Positions 1 through 11,778 of a stretch of 64,000 bases of DNA are shown here, one piece after another. The stretch comes from Torpedo marmorata. Its lineage: Eukaryota. Location of the stretch: positions 67,208,001 through 67,272,000 of the forward strand of contig OZ360235.1 in assembly GCA_977017645.1 (NCBI GenBank). Reading direction: 5' to 3'. Position 1 is the first letter of the stretch. The number at the start of each line of letters is the position of its first letter. The notes beneath the pieces were generated by a model. It did no database searches. It saw only the letters and a list, made by a program, of their open reading frames with translations, and was not told the origin of the DNA. The translations under genes were made by a program, and so were the position numbers.

Positions 1-2292
1 CTGTTAGGTGGTAATCGGTACAATTGCCTTTTGCCTGTAGATTTCAATATTTTGGGCAGGTGTTGGAGAATTACTGACTGCAAGATGTCTCTAAGAGATA
101 AAGATTGTTTGTGTGCCCTTTCAAAAGTCTTGTGTGGCTTTGCCTTTTGCAACACAGGAGAGACCGTTCCACCCATCTGGTCCATTGTTCCATTTTTCTC
201 CTCATTTTCTTGCAGCCCTGTAACTTGTTTTCTTGCAAACTCTTGAATTATTTTGTTGCCTTAACCACTCTAAGGAATAGTTACCAGCACATTTTGGAAT
301 CTGCAAGGAAACCGGAGCAGCTGGTGGAGACTATCATGGTCACAGGAAGTGTTAGAGGTTGTTCGGCATGGGACATCTTTCAGGAGTTATGGGATGGGTT
401 AGTACAAACAAGATTCAGTCTTCATTCTAACAAGGATAGCTGCATGAATACACATCATTGTCTGCAGAGTTATCCCTCTGTTCACTGGTAAAAGATGCCT
501 GGATACCCAACAGGGAATGTGCAGAGAGATGTTCGTGTCAGTTGAGATGTCCTTCTATTGTAGGTGTTTTACAGTTGCCATAGCTCCACACCCAAAATGT
601 TGAAGTAAACTGTAATTGTGATGATGAGAACTGTATTTCATCACTTGCTGTTATCTTGGTGCTTCATGGGTATAAAGCCGCAGTGTTCTGTTGAGTTCAG
701 GGAATCTCTCCAAAGATTCTCCGAGAGTTTCTTCCTGGATGCCTTCCTGTCATTGTTGAATAAACACTTTTTACGTCTACACATGGCTCATTCAAAGTCA
801 CAACAGGAAAATAGGTGCGATCAAGATTTAAGCTGGGTCTGCAGAGCTGTGAAGCAGCGGCTCATCACTGTGCTACCCTTGGATGTGGAAAAACGTTGAA
901 AAAGAATTCGTGTTCAGTTCATTTATTGCACTTCGGCTTTTGATGGTTTGTCTCCCTGGTACCTGCCTCCAGCACACCAACTCAGAACCTTGGGTAATGT
1001 TCCGTGCTCTCATTTGAGCCAGAAACCCTGAGGAATAAATCATAAAACACGTTATCTTCAATAGTCTGTGAATGGAACACCAGTTATGTTACCAGGCTAT
1101 TTATAGGACTGAGCTATGAATATAGGGCATCATTTTGCAAGCACAATGGCTGTTAAAAAAATTTAGATTTAGTGAATTAAGTGAATCTGGGATAAAAGAT
1201 GGTCATCATTACTGTTACCATAAACAATCATATTGTCGTGGAATACCCGTGAAGAGCGTGCAGAACGGCCATTTGCAAAAGCGGCGGGCAAACGGACAGT
1301 GGGTCAAGATGGCAGAGAATGATGTAGAGAATGAGCTGTTGGATTATGAGGAGGATGATGAGAATCAGACCACTACAGAACCAGCATCAGCTCCTGCTAA
1401 GAAGGACGTTAAGGGTTCCTACGTCTCAATTCATAGCTCCGGCTTCAGGGATTTCTTGCTCAAACCAGAACTGCTTCGAGCCATTGTAGACTGTGGCTTT
1501 GAGCATCCCTCAGAAGTTCAACATGAGTGCATTACTCAGGCCATTCTTGGAATGGATATCCTCTGTCAGGCCAAATCTGGAATGAGAAAGACAGCTGTAT
1601 TTGTTCTTGCTACACTGCAACAGCTGGAGGCTGTGGATGGACAGGTGTCAGTCCTTGTCTTGTGTCATACCAGAGAGTTGGCTTTCCAGATTAGCAAAGA
1701 ATATGAAAGATTTTCAAAGTACATGCCAAACATCAAGGCAGCTGTATTTTTTGGAGGCTTGTCAATCAAAAAAGATGAAGATATCTTGAAAAAGAATTGT
1801 CCTCATATTGTTGTTGGAACACCAGAACGAATCCTGGTCCTCGCGCGTAATAAGTCGCTCAATTTGAAATACGTCAAACACTTTGTATTGGATGAATGCG
1901 ATAAGATGTTGGAGCAACTTGACATGCGAAGAGATGTCCAGGATATTTTCCGTCTAACTCCTCATGAAAAGCAGGTCATGATGTTCAGCGCCACCCTAAG
2001 CAAGGAGATCCGTCCCATCTGCCGCAAGTTCATGCAGGATCCCATGGAGGTGTTTGTTGACGATGAAACTAAGCTGACACTTCACGGATTGCAGCAATAT
2101 TATGTTAAACTAAAGGACAATGAGAAGAACCGAAAACTGTTTGATTTACTCGATGTTTTGGAATTTAACCAGGTGGTGATCTTTGTGAAGTCGGTCCAGC
2201 GTTGTGTGGCATTGGCACAGCTATTTGTGGAGCAGAACTTCCCCGCAATCGCCATTCATCGAGGGATGGCACAGGAAGAGAGATTGTCATGA

Positions 2293-2589
<297 letters not shown>

Positions 2590-2859
2590 TAGAATCTGAG
2601 TTGGTAAGGCCAGATGCTGTCCCGAGGAAAGTTGCTCCTGTTAATTAGTCATTGGAGCCTTCTGTCGACAAGATGGGAAGATTACTTAAAATTTCTTTTG
2701 TTGATACCTACTTTTTTTAAAAAAAGTGTTTCCTGGATTGGAATTTGTGTGGAAGAATTGAAGCTTTTAAACATCCTTGGATTGGTTTTAATTTGTTTGT
2801 ATATTGCTCTTTCTGCCTGTCTTTACCTAAAGATGGTTTGTTGGTTAATAAATCAAATC

Positions 2860-2861
<2 letters not shown>

Positions 2862-2899
<38 letters not shown>

Positions 2900-5800
2900 T
2901 TTATTTAAATTTTAAATCACACATTACATAAAATAACTTGCATATAATTCTTAAAAAATACATGTGATTACATTTTCTCCCCCCCTCATCCCACCCTCCC
3001 CTCCCTAGCCCCTATACCCCCCTAATCTAATTTAAAAAATATAAAATAATAATAGTAAAGATAAAAGAAAAAGTAGAGATATAAAGATAGAACGAGGAGT
3101 CAATAAGCTTAAAAAAAAAAAAACACTAATATATCTTAGAGGTTGTTTCGCCGGTAGGTCTAATATCCAGAGAATTCATAATGTTAAACCCATAATCCTC
3201 GTATATGGGCCCCAAATTTTTAAAAAAGAATGATATTTATTTCGTAAATTATAGGTAATTTTTTCCAATGGTATACATGACCGTAACTCTGCATGCCATC
3301 GTTCTAAATTTAAATCAACATCCGATTTCCAAGTAATAGCTATACATTTTTTTGAAATTGCTAATATTATACGTAAAAATTCTACTTGATACATATTCAA
3401 TTTATGTCTAATACTAAATTTTTTAATGTCTCCAAATAAAAATAACATAGGATCCATTGCAATTTCAACATTAAAAATTCTTTCTAAAAAATTCTTAACT
3501 TTCAACCAAAATTCTTGAATCTTTGAACATGACCATGTACAATGTACAAAAGATCCTATTTCAGTTTTACATCTGAAACACGTATCTGATAACGCTGGGT
3601 TAAATTTCTTCAATTTTCTAGGTGTCAAATACAATTGATGAAAAAAATTATATTGTACTAATCTATATCTCACATTAATAACTTTTGTCATACTTAATTT
3701 ACATAAATCTTTCCAATGTTTTTCATCTATATTAACATTCAAATCAGACTCCCATTTCAATCTAGACTTATGCTCTCCTACCTTAGACATTTTTCTTTGA
3801 AACAACTTGTACATCTGTGATATAAATTTATTAACATTAACTTTAGTAATTAATAACTCCAATTCACTTTGTCTTAATACTGTTAATTCATTCCCTAATC
3901 TTTCAATCAAAAAAGCTCTAACTTGAAAATAAACTAACATTGTATTATCTAATATATTAAATTTTTCCTTTAACCTCTGAAAGGTAACAAATTTACCTGC
4001 TTCAAAACAATCTTTTAATGTCTTAACTCCCTTTAAAAACCATAATTTAAGTAATTGATTATCCATAGAAAATGGTAAAAGTGGATTCTGATATATTGGT
4101 GTATTTAAAGAAATTAATCCTTTTTGACCTATCTCCTTATCTACTTGCGACCAAATTTCCAACAAATGTTTAATAATTGGTGTTTTTTTCTTTTTAAGTA
4201 ATAATAATTTAGGGTTCCATTTATAAATAATATCTTCTTTATGTATTTCTCCCATATTATTCAATTCTATATTAATCCAAGCAGAAGTTTTATCCAAATC
4301 AAAAAATTCATTAATAAATTTTAACTGAGCTACTTTATAATAATGTTGAAAATTAGGAAGTTGTAATCCTCCCATTTCATAATTCCATGTTAATTTATCT
4401 ATACTTACTCTTGCCAACTTTCCTTTCCATAGAAATTTCCTAACAATAAATTTTAAATCTTTAAAAAATTTATTTGGAATACCATAAGGAATCGATTGAA
4501 AAAGATATTGAATTCTTGGAAAAACATTCATTTTAATACAATTTACTCTTCCCATCAACGTTATCGGTAAGTCTTTCCAAAGCTCTAAATCTTTTTTTAT
4601 TTTAGTAAATAAAGGTGTATAATTTAATTTATACAAATTTTCCAAATTTGTATCTACTTTAACTCCCAAATATTTAATACTCTCTGTAGTCCACTTAAAG
4701 TCTGTAACTTCTTTACATCTAGTATAATCCCCTTGCGATAAAGCCAAAATCTCACTTTTATCTGAATTAATCTTGTATCCTGATATCTCACCATATTCTG
4801 TCAATATAATAGCCAATTGTTGAAGTGACGTAACAGATTTTGTCATATATATTAATACATCATCTGCAAACAAACTAATCTTATGCTCTTCCCTACCCAC
4901 CTTTATTCCCATTATATTTATATCTTCTCTAATCATTTCTGCTAAAGGTTCTATTACCAACACAAACAAAGCAGGAGATAAAGGACATCCCTGTCGTGTT
5001 GATCTTGATAACAAAAACTTTTGCGATATCTGTCCATTTGTAACTACTTTAGCCGTAGGTTCCTTATATATAGTTTTAATCCAATTTATAAAGTTATCTC
5101 CAAATCCAAATTTTTCCAAAACCTTAAATAAAAAATTCCACTCTACTCTATCAAATGCCTTTTCTGCATCCAATGTTACCACCAGTGGCAGATCTTGTTT
5201 CTTCTTATATACATTAATTAAGCTTAACAATCTAGCTATATTATCTTTCGAATATCTATTTTTAATAAATCCGGCTTGATCCGAATGTATTAAATGTGGT
5301 AGACATTTAGCTAATCTATTTGCTAAAATTTTCGCCATTATCTTATAATCTACATTTAACAGTGAAATAGGCCTATAAGACTCTGTTTTTAATACATCTC
5401 TATCCTTCTTTGGTATAACCGTAATAATAGCATTTAAAAATGTCTTCGGTAACAAATGAGTTTCCATAACTTGATTCAATACCTCCATATACAAAGGTAT
5501 CAATAAATCTTTAAATTCTTTATAAAATTCTACTGGAAATCCATCATCACCTGGAGATTTACCACTTCTCAACGTCGATATTGCTTCAGTAACTTCTCTC
5601 ATCGTAAAAGGTAAATCCAAAGAATATTTACTTTGAACAGTCAATTTAGGTAAAGTAATTTTAGATAAAAATCTATTTATCTTCGTTTCATCTTGATCTG
5701 TCTCAGATCTATATAAATTCTGATAATATTCTTTAAAAGATTCATTTATTTCTTGTGGCTTATATGTTATTACCCCTGTATTTCTCTTCCTTATAGCATT

Positions 5801-7178
5801 AATTGTTTTTGAAACTTGCTCTTTTTTCAATTGCCATGATAACACCTTGTGTGCCTTTTCCCCTAATTCATAATATCTTTGTTTTGTTCTTACTATTAAT
5901 TTTTCAGTCTTACGCGTTTGCAATAAATTATAATGTAATTTCTTCCTTACTAAACGGTTCCTCTTAAGAATAGACCGGTTTCTCTGTGAATCTTTTTCCA
6001 TAATTTCAATCTCCTTCTCTAATTTTTCTTCTTCTCTCAAATAATCTTTTTTTATCTTTGCTGAAAAACTTATTGTTAAACCTCTTAAATAAGCTTTCAA
6101 AGCTTCCCATACCATAAATTTATCATCTACCGAATTATTATTTACTCTTAAAAATTCCTGAATTTCTCGTCTCATATATTCACAAAAATCCTTCCTTTTC
6201 AATAATAAAGAATCAAATCTCCAGTTATAAATAGTCTTTTCTTTCTCTGGAATTATACACGTCATTAATAAAGGTGAATGATCCGAAATTATTCTTGCTT
6301 TATAAGATATCTGTGTTATTCTTTCCTGAAGTTGTGAAGACAATAAAAATAAATCTATCCTTGAAAAAGAATTATGTCTAAATGAGTAGAATGAATAATC
6401 CTTCTCCCTAGGCTTTAATTTTCTCCAAATATCTACCAAATTTAAATCCTCCATCAAATTAACTATCTTCTTCACTATTTTTGGTCTAACAACTGTTTTG
6501 GAAGTTTTATCCATTATTGCATTTAAACAACAATTGAAATCACCACCAACTAAAATGTTATCTTTGGCATCTGATAAATGTAAAAAAGCATCTTGAATAA
6601 ACTGTTCATCATCTGGATTTGACACATACAAATTCATAAGAGTCCAAAATTCTGAATAAATTTGGCAATAAATCAAAACATATCTACCTGCCGTATCTAT
6701 GACTGTCGATTGTATCCTGAAGGGCAACTTTTTATTAACTAAAATAGCAACTCCCCTTGCTCTAGAATTAAATGATGAAGCTACAACATGTCCTACCCAA
6801 TCTCTTTTCAATTTCTGATGTTCAACATCCGTCAAATGAGTTTCTTGTAAAAAGGCTATATCTACCTTCAATTTCTTTATATACGTCAAAGTTCTTTTCC
6901 TTTTAATTGGATTGTTAAGCCCATTTATATTAATACTAACTAAGTTTATACTCTTAGAATCCCCCATAATAAAATAATAATAATCCTTCCCTGTCAATCA
7001 GATCCACCAGCGTATCCCTCTTACTCATTTGCATACATATGTCCTCCTCTATTAGAATGAAAAAAAGAAGTAATAAGATAAGAAGAAAAACCCCTATAAA
7101 GAACACTGGTCTTCTATTCCCAGTGTTACCCCCCTCCATTGTTCGAGAAGCGGTTCTCGCCGCTAAAGTGGTGATAGG
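2862..7178 (-). mobile_element. Young 5'-truncated L1-clade LINE (inter-ORF spacer + ORF2 + 3'UTR + poly(A))
   Basis: Pure 33-nt poly(T) at 2862-2894, minus-strand AATAAA 2900-2905, TSD AAATCAGTTTTTT at 2855-2867 and 7179-7191, target TTTTTT/AAAA, no ORF1 present. Confidence 0.95.
3176..6967 (-). CDS. L1 ORF2p (APE endonuclease + reverse transcriptase + Cys-rich C-terminus), 1263 aa, uninterrupted
   Basis: First ATG at 6967 (MGDSKS...). EN motifs SININGL, FLQETH, GGDFN, SRID, SDHSP; RT motifs YRPISLLNVDYK, LDAEKAFDRV, RQGCPLSP, LFADD; C-terminal CFRC-x8-H-x4-C. Confidence 0.93.
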   Translation of the reverse strand: MGDSKSINLVSININGLNNPIKRKRTLTYIKKLKVDIAFLQETHLTDVEHQKLKRDWVGHVVASSFNSRARGVAILVNKKLPFRIQSTVIDTAGRYVLIYCQIYSEFWTLMNLYVSNPDDEQFIQDAFLHLSDAKDNILVGGDFNCCLNAIMDKTSKTVVRPKIVKKIVNLMEDLNLVDIWRKLKPREKDYSFYSFRHNSFSRIDLFLLSSQLQERITQISYKARIISDHSPLLMTCIIPEKEKTIYNWRFDSLLLKRKDFCEYMRREIQEFLRVNNNSVDDKFMVWEALKAYLRGLTISFSAKIKKDYLREEEKLEKEIEIMEKDSQRNRSILKRNRLVRKKLHYNLLQTRKTEKLIVRTKQRYYELGEKAHKVLSWQLKKEQVSKTINAIRKRNTGVITYKPQEINESFKEYYQNLYRSETDQDETKINRFLSKITLPKLTVQSKYSLDLPFTMREVTEAISTLRSGKSPGDDGFPVEFYKEFKDLLIPLYMEVLNQVMETHLLPKTFLNAIITVIPKKDRDVLKTESYRPISLLNVDYKIMAKILANRLAKCLPHLIHSDQAGFIKNRYSKDNIARLLSLINVYKKKQDLPLVVTLDAEKAFDRVEWNFLFKVLEKFGFGDNFINWIKTIYKEPTAKVVTNGQISQKFLLSRSTRQGCPLSPALFVLVIEPLAEMIREDINIMGIKVGREEHKISLFADDVLIYMTKSVTSLQQLAIILTEYGEISGYKINSDKSEILALSQGDYTRCKEVTDFKWTTESIKYLGVKVDTNLENLYKLNYTPLFTKIKKDLELWKDLPITLMGRVNCIKMNVFPRIQYLFQSIPYGIPNKFFKDLKFIVRKFLWKGKLARVSIDKLTWNYEMGGLQLPNFQHYYKVAQLKFINEFFDLDKTSAWINIELNNMGEIHKEDIIYKWNPKLLLLKKKKTPIIKHLLEIWSQVDKEIGQKGLISLNTPIYQNPLLPFSMDNQLLKLWFLKGVKTLKDCFEAGKFVTFQRLKEKFNILDNTMLVYFQVRAFLIERLGNELTVLRQSELELLITKVNVNKFISQMYKLFQRKMSKVGEHKSRLKWESDLNVNIDEKHWKDLCKLSMTKVINVRYRLVQYNFFHQLYLTPRKLKKFNPALSDTCFRCKTEIGSFVHCTWSCSKIQEFWLKVKNFLERIFNVEIAMDPMLFLFGDIKKFSIRHKLNMYQVEFLRIILAISKKCIAITWKSDVDLNLERWHAELRSCIPLEKITYNLRNKYHSFLKIWGPYTRIMGLTL

Positions 7179-7945
7179 AAATCAGTTTTTTAAAAAAACC
7201 AAAACAAAACAATCATATTGTCATGTACACTTACCTGGATCACACTGTCCTTTATAGGACAAAACTTGCCACGTGATGCCTGCTTCTGTCCAATAAGTCT
7301 GGTCATTTGGGAAATGTCAAACCATGAAATCTGATCCTAATCTGAAACCATGAGCTGATCCCTATACCAGCTCACTGCTCTCTGCCTAACCTCCTCCAGT
7401 TTAGATTTCCGCAGTGCTGAATTTGCCGAAACATGGCCACACATAAAATAATTGTGTGACAAAGACGTATTATGCATCGTTGTTTGAGCTGTTGTCTTCA
7501 ACACAGGTGACCAAAATTTCTCATCACCCGTTAGAGCTGTCCTTTTTTTCTACTTTTAGTCCAATTGTAGCCAGAGGATCTCTGCCAATGGTTTCCTTTT
7601 CCTGTTCGTGGTCCATTCATAGGAGGGGTAACACCTGTCCATGCACCACCCACTTCGCCTCCATCCAAAGACCTAAACAGCCCTTCCAGGTGAGGCAGAG
7701 TTTCACACACACTTCCTCCAACACGGTCTTCTGCATTCAACGCTCACTGTGGCCTCCTCTTGATTGGTGAGACCAAGCGTTGATGAGGCAACCACTTTTC
7801 CGAGCACCTGCGCTCGTGCACCACCTGGAACTCCCAGTTGCTAGCCATTTTGATTCCCCTCATTCCCACACCGACATGTCTATCCTGTGCCTCCTCCACT
7901 GCCAGGGTGAGGCCAACGCAAATTTAAAGAACAACACTTCATAAT

Positions 7946-8559
7946 GGGTGGCACAGTTAGCATCGCGGTTAGCGCAACGCTATGACATGCCACTGACACA
8001 AAGATACACTAAAGGCCTCCCTGAAGTCGCTTGACATAGTCACGACCACCTGGGAATCACTGGCACAAAACCGCCCTACCTGGTGCGGCTTATCCACACG
8101 GGCTGTCAAGCTTACGAAGCAAAACGCACTGCTGAAGCACAACATAAGCGCGAGACGCGCAAGTCCAGAGCCACCAGTGCAACAACTGCAGTGCTTGCAC
8201 ATGTCTGCCCAACATGTGCCAGGATATTCCGTGCCCGAATTGGCTTGATCAGTCATCTTCGGACACACCACATCCAATCTTAAAGTGACTAATGGTGTCG
8301 AGGTCTTCATCGACGATGGACAAACGATTGATTGATGACAGTGCCAGCAACCCGGGTTGAAATCCATCGCTGTCTGTAAGGAGTTTGTATGTTCTTCCCA
8401 TGACTGTGTGGGTTTCCTCCAAGTGCTCTGGTTTCCTCCCACGTTCTAAAGATGTACATGATTCGGTGGCTAATTGGTCACTTGGGTGTATTTGGGCGGC
8501 GCAGCTTCGTAGGACGGAAGGGCCTGTTACCGTGCTGGGTTTAAAAAAAAAAAAAAAAT
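7946..8559 (+). mobile_element. tRNA-derived V-SINE (HE1-like), split by an RTE fragment
   Basis: A-box-like head GGCACAGTTAGCATCGCGGTTAGCG, B-box-like GGTTGAAATCC, core GCTGTCTGTAAGGAGTTTGTATGTTCT...GGTTTCCTCCCAC, A tail; similar to copies at 12488, 40385, 45857 and 63675. Confidence 0.85.
7993..8334 (+). mobile_element. 3' fragment of an RTE-clade LINE
   Basis: KDTLKASLK...WESLAQNRPTW and C-terminal C2H2 CPTCARIFRARIGLISHLRTH (ORF 8083-8283), short ATTG-repeat tail, imperfect TSD ATGACA(G)TGCCA at 7982-7992 and 8335-8346. Confidence 0.8.
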
Positions 8560-9509
8560 CCTCCCGAGTCATCTACAGCCCAATGGCATGAACATTGAAT
8601 TCTCCAATATCAAGTAACTCACTCCTGCTCAGTCCCTTTCTCTTTACTCCTCATCTGCCTAGTTTCACTCACACATGCCCTTCTTCTCACCAAGCCCCAT
8701 TACTCAATTCCTTTCCCCTTCCCCACCTTCTCCATGTAGCCATCACCCCCACACTCCTCTCACCGGAAACCCTCCCCCATGCTTTTCATCAGGTCAACAT
8801 CCCTCCCTCTCGTGGTTCCACCAATCTCCTTGCTTCAGCAGCTCTGCAGTCACTTTCTCCTCTCCTCCCCCTCCTGGCCCCATCTGCCTGTTTTGCCCCC
8901 TTTTGTCTGCTTCCACCCCTCACTGTCTCCCAACTCCACCCCAATTGACTCCATCTGTACGTCATCCTTCACCCCTCCTTGACCCACCTGTCACCTACTG
9001 ACCTATTCCTCTCTCTTTAATACTAATTGTTCTCTTTCTTTTTCTCCTCTCTCAAGCAGGGTTTTGATTAGAGTCCTCACCTGTCCATTTCCCTCCATGA
9101 ATGCTGCCTAACCCACTGTTCCTCCAGCAGTAGGAAATAGAAAGTTACCACTTTCAACCCTTGCCACAAACATAATTTTGTGATTCTCTAGTTCCTTTTG
9201 TGACCACTCTTGAGCTGAACCAGACTTTACAATCCTTGAAGGTCTGTCCAACTAGCACTGAGTTTCTGAATTAATACCCTCTCCATCACAGAGACTTGCT
9301 TTCACTTGGGAATGTCCCTCCACTCTGCTGCTTCAGGGCATCTGCCACCAACACCTTTGTTCATTTCTCTGTCGTCATTTCAATTAATTAATAGCAAACA
9401 ATGGGAAGCTATGGGACTCCATGGGGCAGGCAGCATCCACGATTAGAAATAGTCAGGCAATGTTTCAGGTCAGGACCCTTTATTGAGACTGTGTTTTAAT
9501 TAATACACT

Positions 9510-9657
9510 TCAATACACAAAAGTGCCGGAGAAACTCAGTTGGTCACGCAGCGTCTATAGGAAGGAAAAATATATAACTAACGTTACGGGCCTGAGCCCT
9601 TTGTCAAGAGCTTGTCTTAAACTACTATCGCAGTGTCTGCAGACTTTCTTGTTTCAC
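9510..9657. mobile_element. Short Penelope-derived insert with internal inversion
   Basis: 14-bp TSD TTAATTAATACACT at 9496-9509 and 9658-9671; minus-strand degenerate hammerhead segment (~9575-9607) followed by a plus-strand tail GTGTCTGCAGACTTTCTTGTTTCAC. Confidence 0.7.
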
Positions 9658-10029
9658 TTAATTAATACACTGCTTGGCTGAAATCACTTCAATCCATCCT
9701 CCATAATAAACATGACAAGGCTGTGAAACCTGTATCCCATCCTGCATTGATACAAATCAGACGATGCTGAAAGTGCTAGGCAACTAGTGAAAATTTCAGC
9801 TTCATAGTTAAAGGACAAAAAGTTTCACAATGCAGAACCAAAGGGGGAAGATCAAAAGAACACCAGGGAGGTCTCTGATAGGCTGTTGAGGAAGGAGAGT
9901 CATATATTTTGAAAGAAATGCATGAGGGGGAGTTGAGCAATTCTTGTTTGCTAAGTGGGATATGGACATTGTCTGCAAGGCTGTTTGTAATCCTTCCTGA
10001 ATTCTCTCTGAATTGAGTGGCTTGCTTTG

Positions 10030-10157
10030 GCAGTGACAGCCTACATTTCTTCATACCCTGATGAAGGGCTCAAGCCCGAAACATTGGTTTTGTATCTTTA
10101 TCTTTGCTCTGTACACTGTTTGACCAACTATGTTTCTCCAGCACTGTTTTTACTTTT
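10030..10157 (+). mobile_element. Short Penelope-derived insert with hammerhead ribozyme core
   Basis: CTGATGA-A-GGGC-TCAA-GCCC-GAAAC at 10058-10082; 12-bp TSD TGGCTTGCTTTG at 10018-10029 and 10158-10169. Confidence 0.8.
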
Positions 10158-10408
10158 TGGCTTGCTTTGACACTTCAGGGAGTATTTAAGAGCTGACAAT
10201 ATTGCTGTGGGCTTGGAGTGGCCCATTGGCTGGACCAGGTAAGGCCAGAAAATTTCATTGCATGAGGGGCATTGGTGAATCGGCAACAATGACTGCAATT
10301 AATGTCACCATCACTGTGACACAAGTTTTGTATTCCGATTTTAATTATTTGGTTCTACATTCACCAGTTAATGTGTTGGATTTCAAGCTGCTGTCTTTAG
10401 CCTTTGGA

Positions 10409-10675
10409 TATCAGAATCAGAATTTATTGTCATGAACAAGTCATGAAATTCGGTGTTTTGCGGCAGCATCGTAGTACAATTAACATTCATATTAACCATC
10501 TTACGACATTACTATAAAAAATTATAAACAATAGTGCACGAAAAGTAAGGCAGTGTCTTTGGTTCATTGATGGAATCTGATGGCAGCGGGGAAGAAGCTG
10601 TCCTTGTGCCGTTGAGTGCTCGTCTTTAGGCTCCTGTACCTTTTTCCCGATGGAAGCAGAGGGAAGAGGGCATGG
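10409..10675 (-). mobile_element. Rex1/Babar-type LINE 3' fragment
   Basis: Reverse complement matches the 3' end of the Rex copy at ~34540-34787, including the TTCTGA-repeat tail. Confidence 0.75.
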
Positions 10676-11517
10676 TTGAGTAACTTAACCACTGTGCTAT
10701 CATATATGTTGAGAAAGGTTGGATACATAGGAAAGTAAATGGCATTGGTAAATCTCTTTTCATAATGCTGTCAGGCTTGCTTGGTATTTCCAGCATTGCT
10801 TTTATGAGAGCATCCAGCATATTTTGCTTTTATATTGTGCTGTATTTTATGCTTGCTTAGCTTCTCGTCTCACAGTGTCTCGAATTTATAATTTTTTTTT
10901 CATTGTATTCAAGTCCCTTTCTCCACAACCTCCCCCACATCTCCCTCCCCAAGCTTTTTGTTCCACTCTCTCAAGCTCCATTTACACCCATTTACCTCCC
11001 CACAAACTCTTGTTATCAGCCTCCCTGGGCTTGCAGCATGAAATTCCTCCTCTCTTTTCTCTGAAGACCTTTCTCAAAAAAAATATTTTTAACGAGGTTT
11101 GGACCCCTCCTCGTCACTCCTCTCTGGCTTGCCTTTTCCCGACACTTGTTGAGGAGGGCTCCTTTACTGCGATAGAGACACTGCAGTGTTACAAATGACT
11201 GGCAATGTTGGCTGCCAAAATGCACAGTGGGGTGAACACCTTAAATACTTTGCAAGCCTCCTGTTAATGATCCTCTCCTTAAAACTGTTTGTTGAACATG
11301 CAGGAGCAACCTCATTAGCAGCTTTCTCATCTTCTCCCAGCAGGATGATTTACCACACTAGCGCTCTGAAAACCATGGCTCCTACTAACTTTTGAGTAGT
11401 CCACATTACTGGGTTACATCACCCTTGTGTTTCCTCCCTCTGCACACGCTCCTTAATTTTGATTATATTTTAAAATGTGGATTGATATGATATCTGTCAA
11501 CATTTTGAAACCACTAA

Positions 11518-11778
<261 letters not shown>

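Larger units (their letters stand above)
7600..9130 (+). mobile_element. Decayed Penelope-like element 3' portion (GIY-YIG endonuclease remnant, CT-rich region, terminal repeat), interrupted by a SINE
   Basis: Frameshifted FQVRQSFT..SSN..FCI, IGETKR, EHLRS, LPVASHF at 7680-7945; resumes after the SINE as LQPNGMNIEFS (~8570-8605); typical tail TGCTGCCT...TTCCTCCAGCA near 9100-9130. Confidence 0.7.

Noticed and set aside
1-1100. Weak minus-strand endonuclease-like words (GIQEE, VNTYN, SCDH) suggesting an old LINE
   Set aside because: Too degenerate to assign by eye; needs a profile search.
1135-1308. 58-aa N-terminal extension of the DDX39 ORF
   Set aside because: Starts at TTG and runs through flanking DNA, the TSD and the parental 5'UTR; a chance open frame. 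The family start is ATG 1309.
1585-1827. G-to-A changes in the retrocopy as a deaminase-editing signature
   Set aside because: Only two sites and no parent sequence to compare; ordinary transitions explain them.
8595-9001. Pro/Ser/Leu-rich ORFs
   Set aside because: Low-complexity CT-rich part of the Penelope remnant, which is naturally poor in stop codons.
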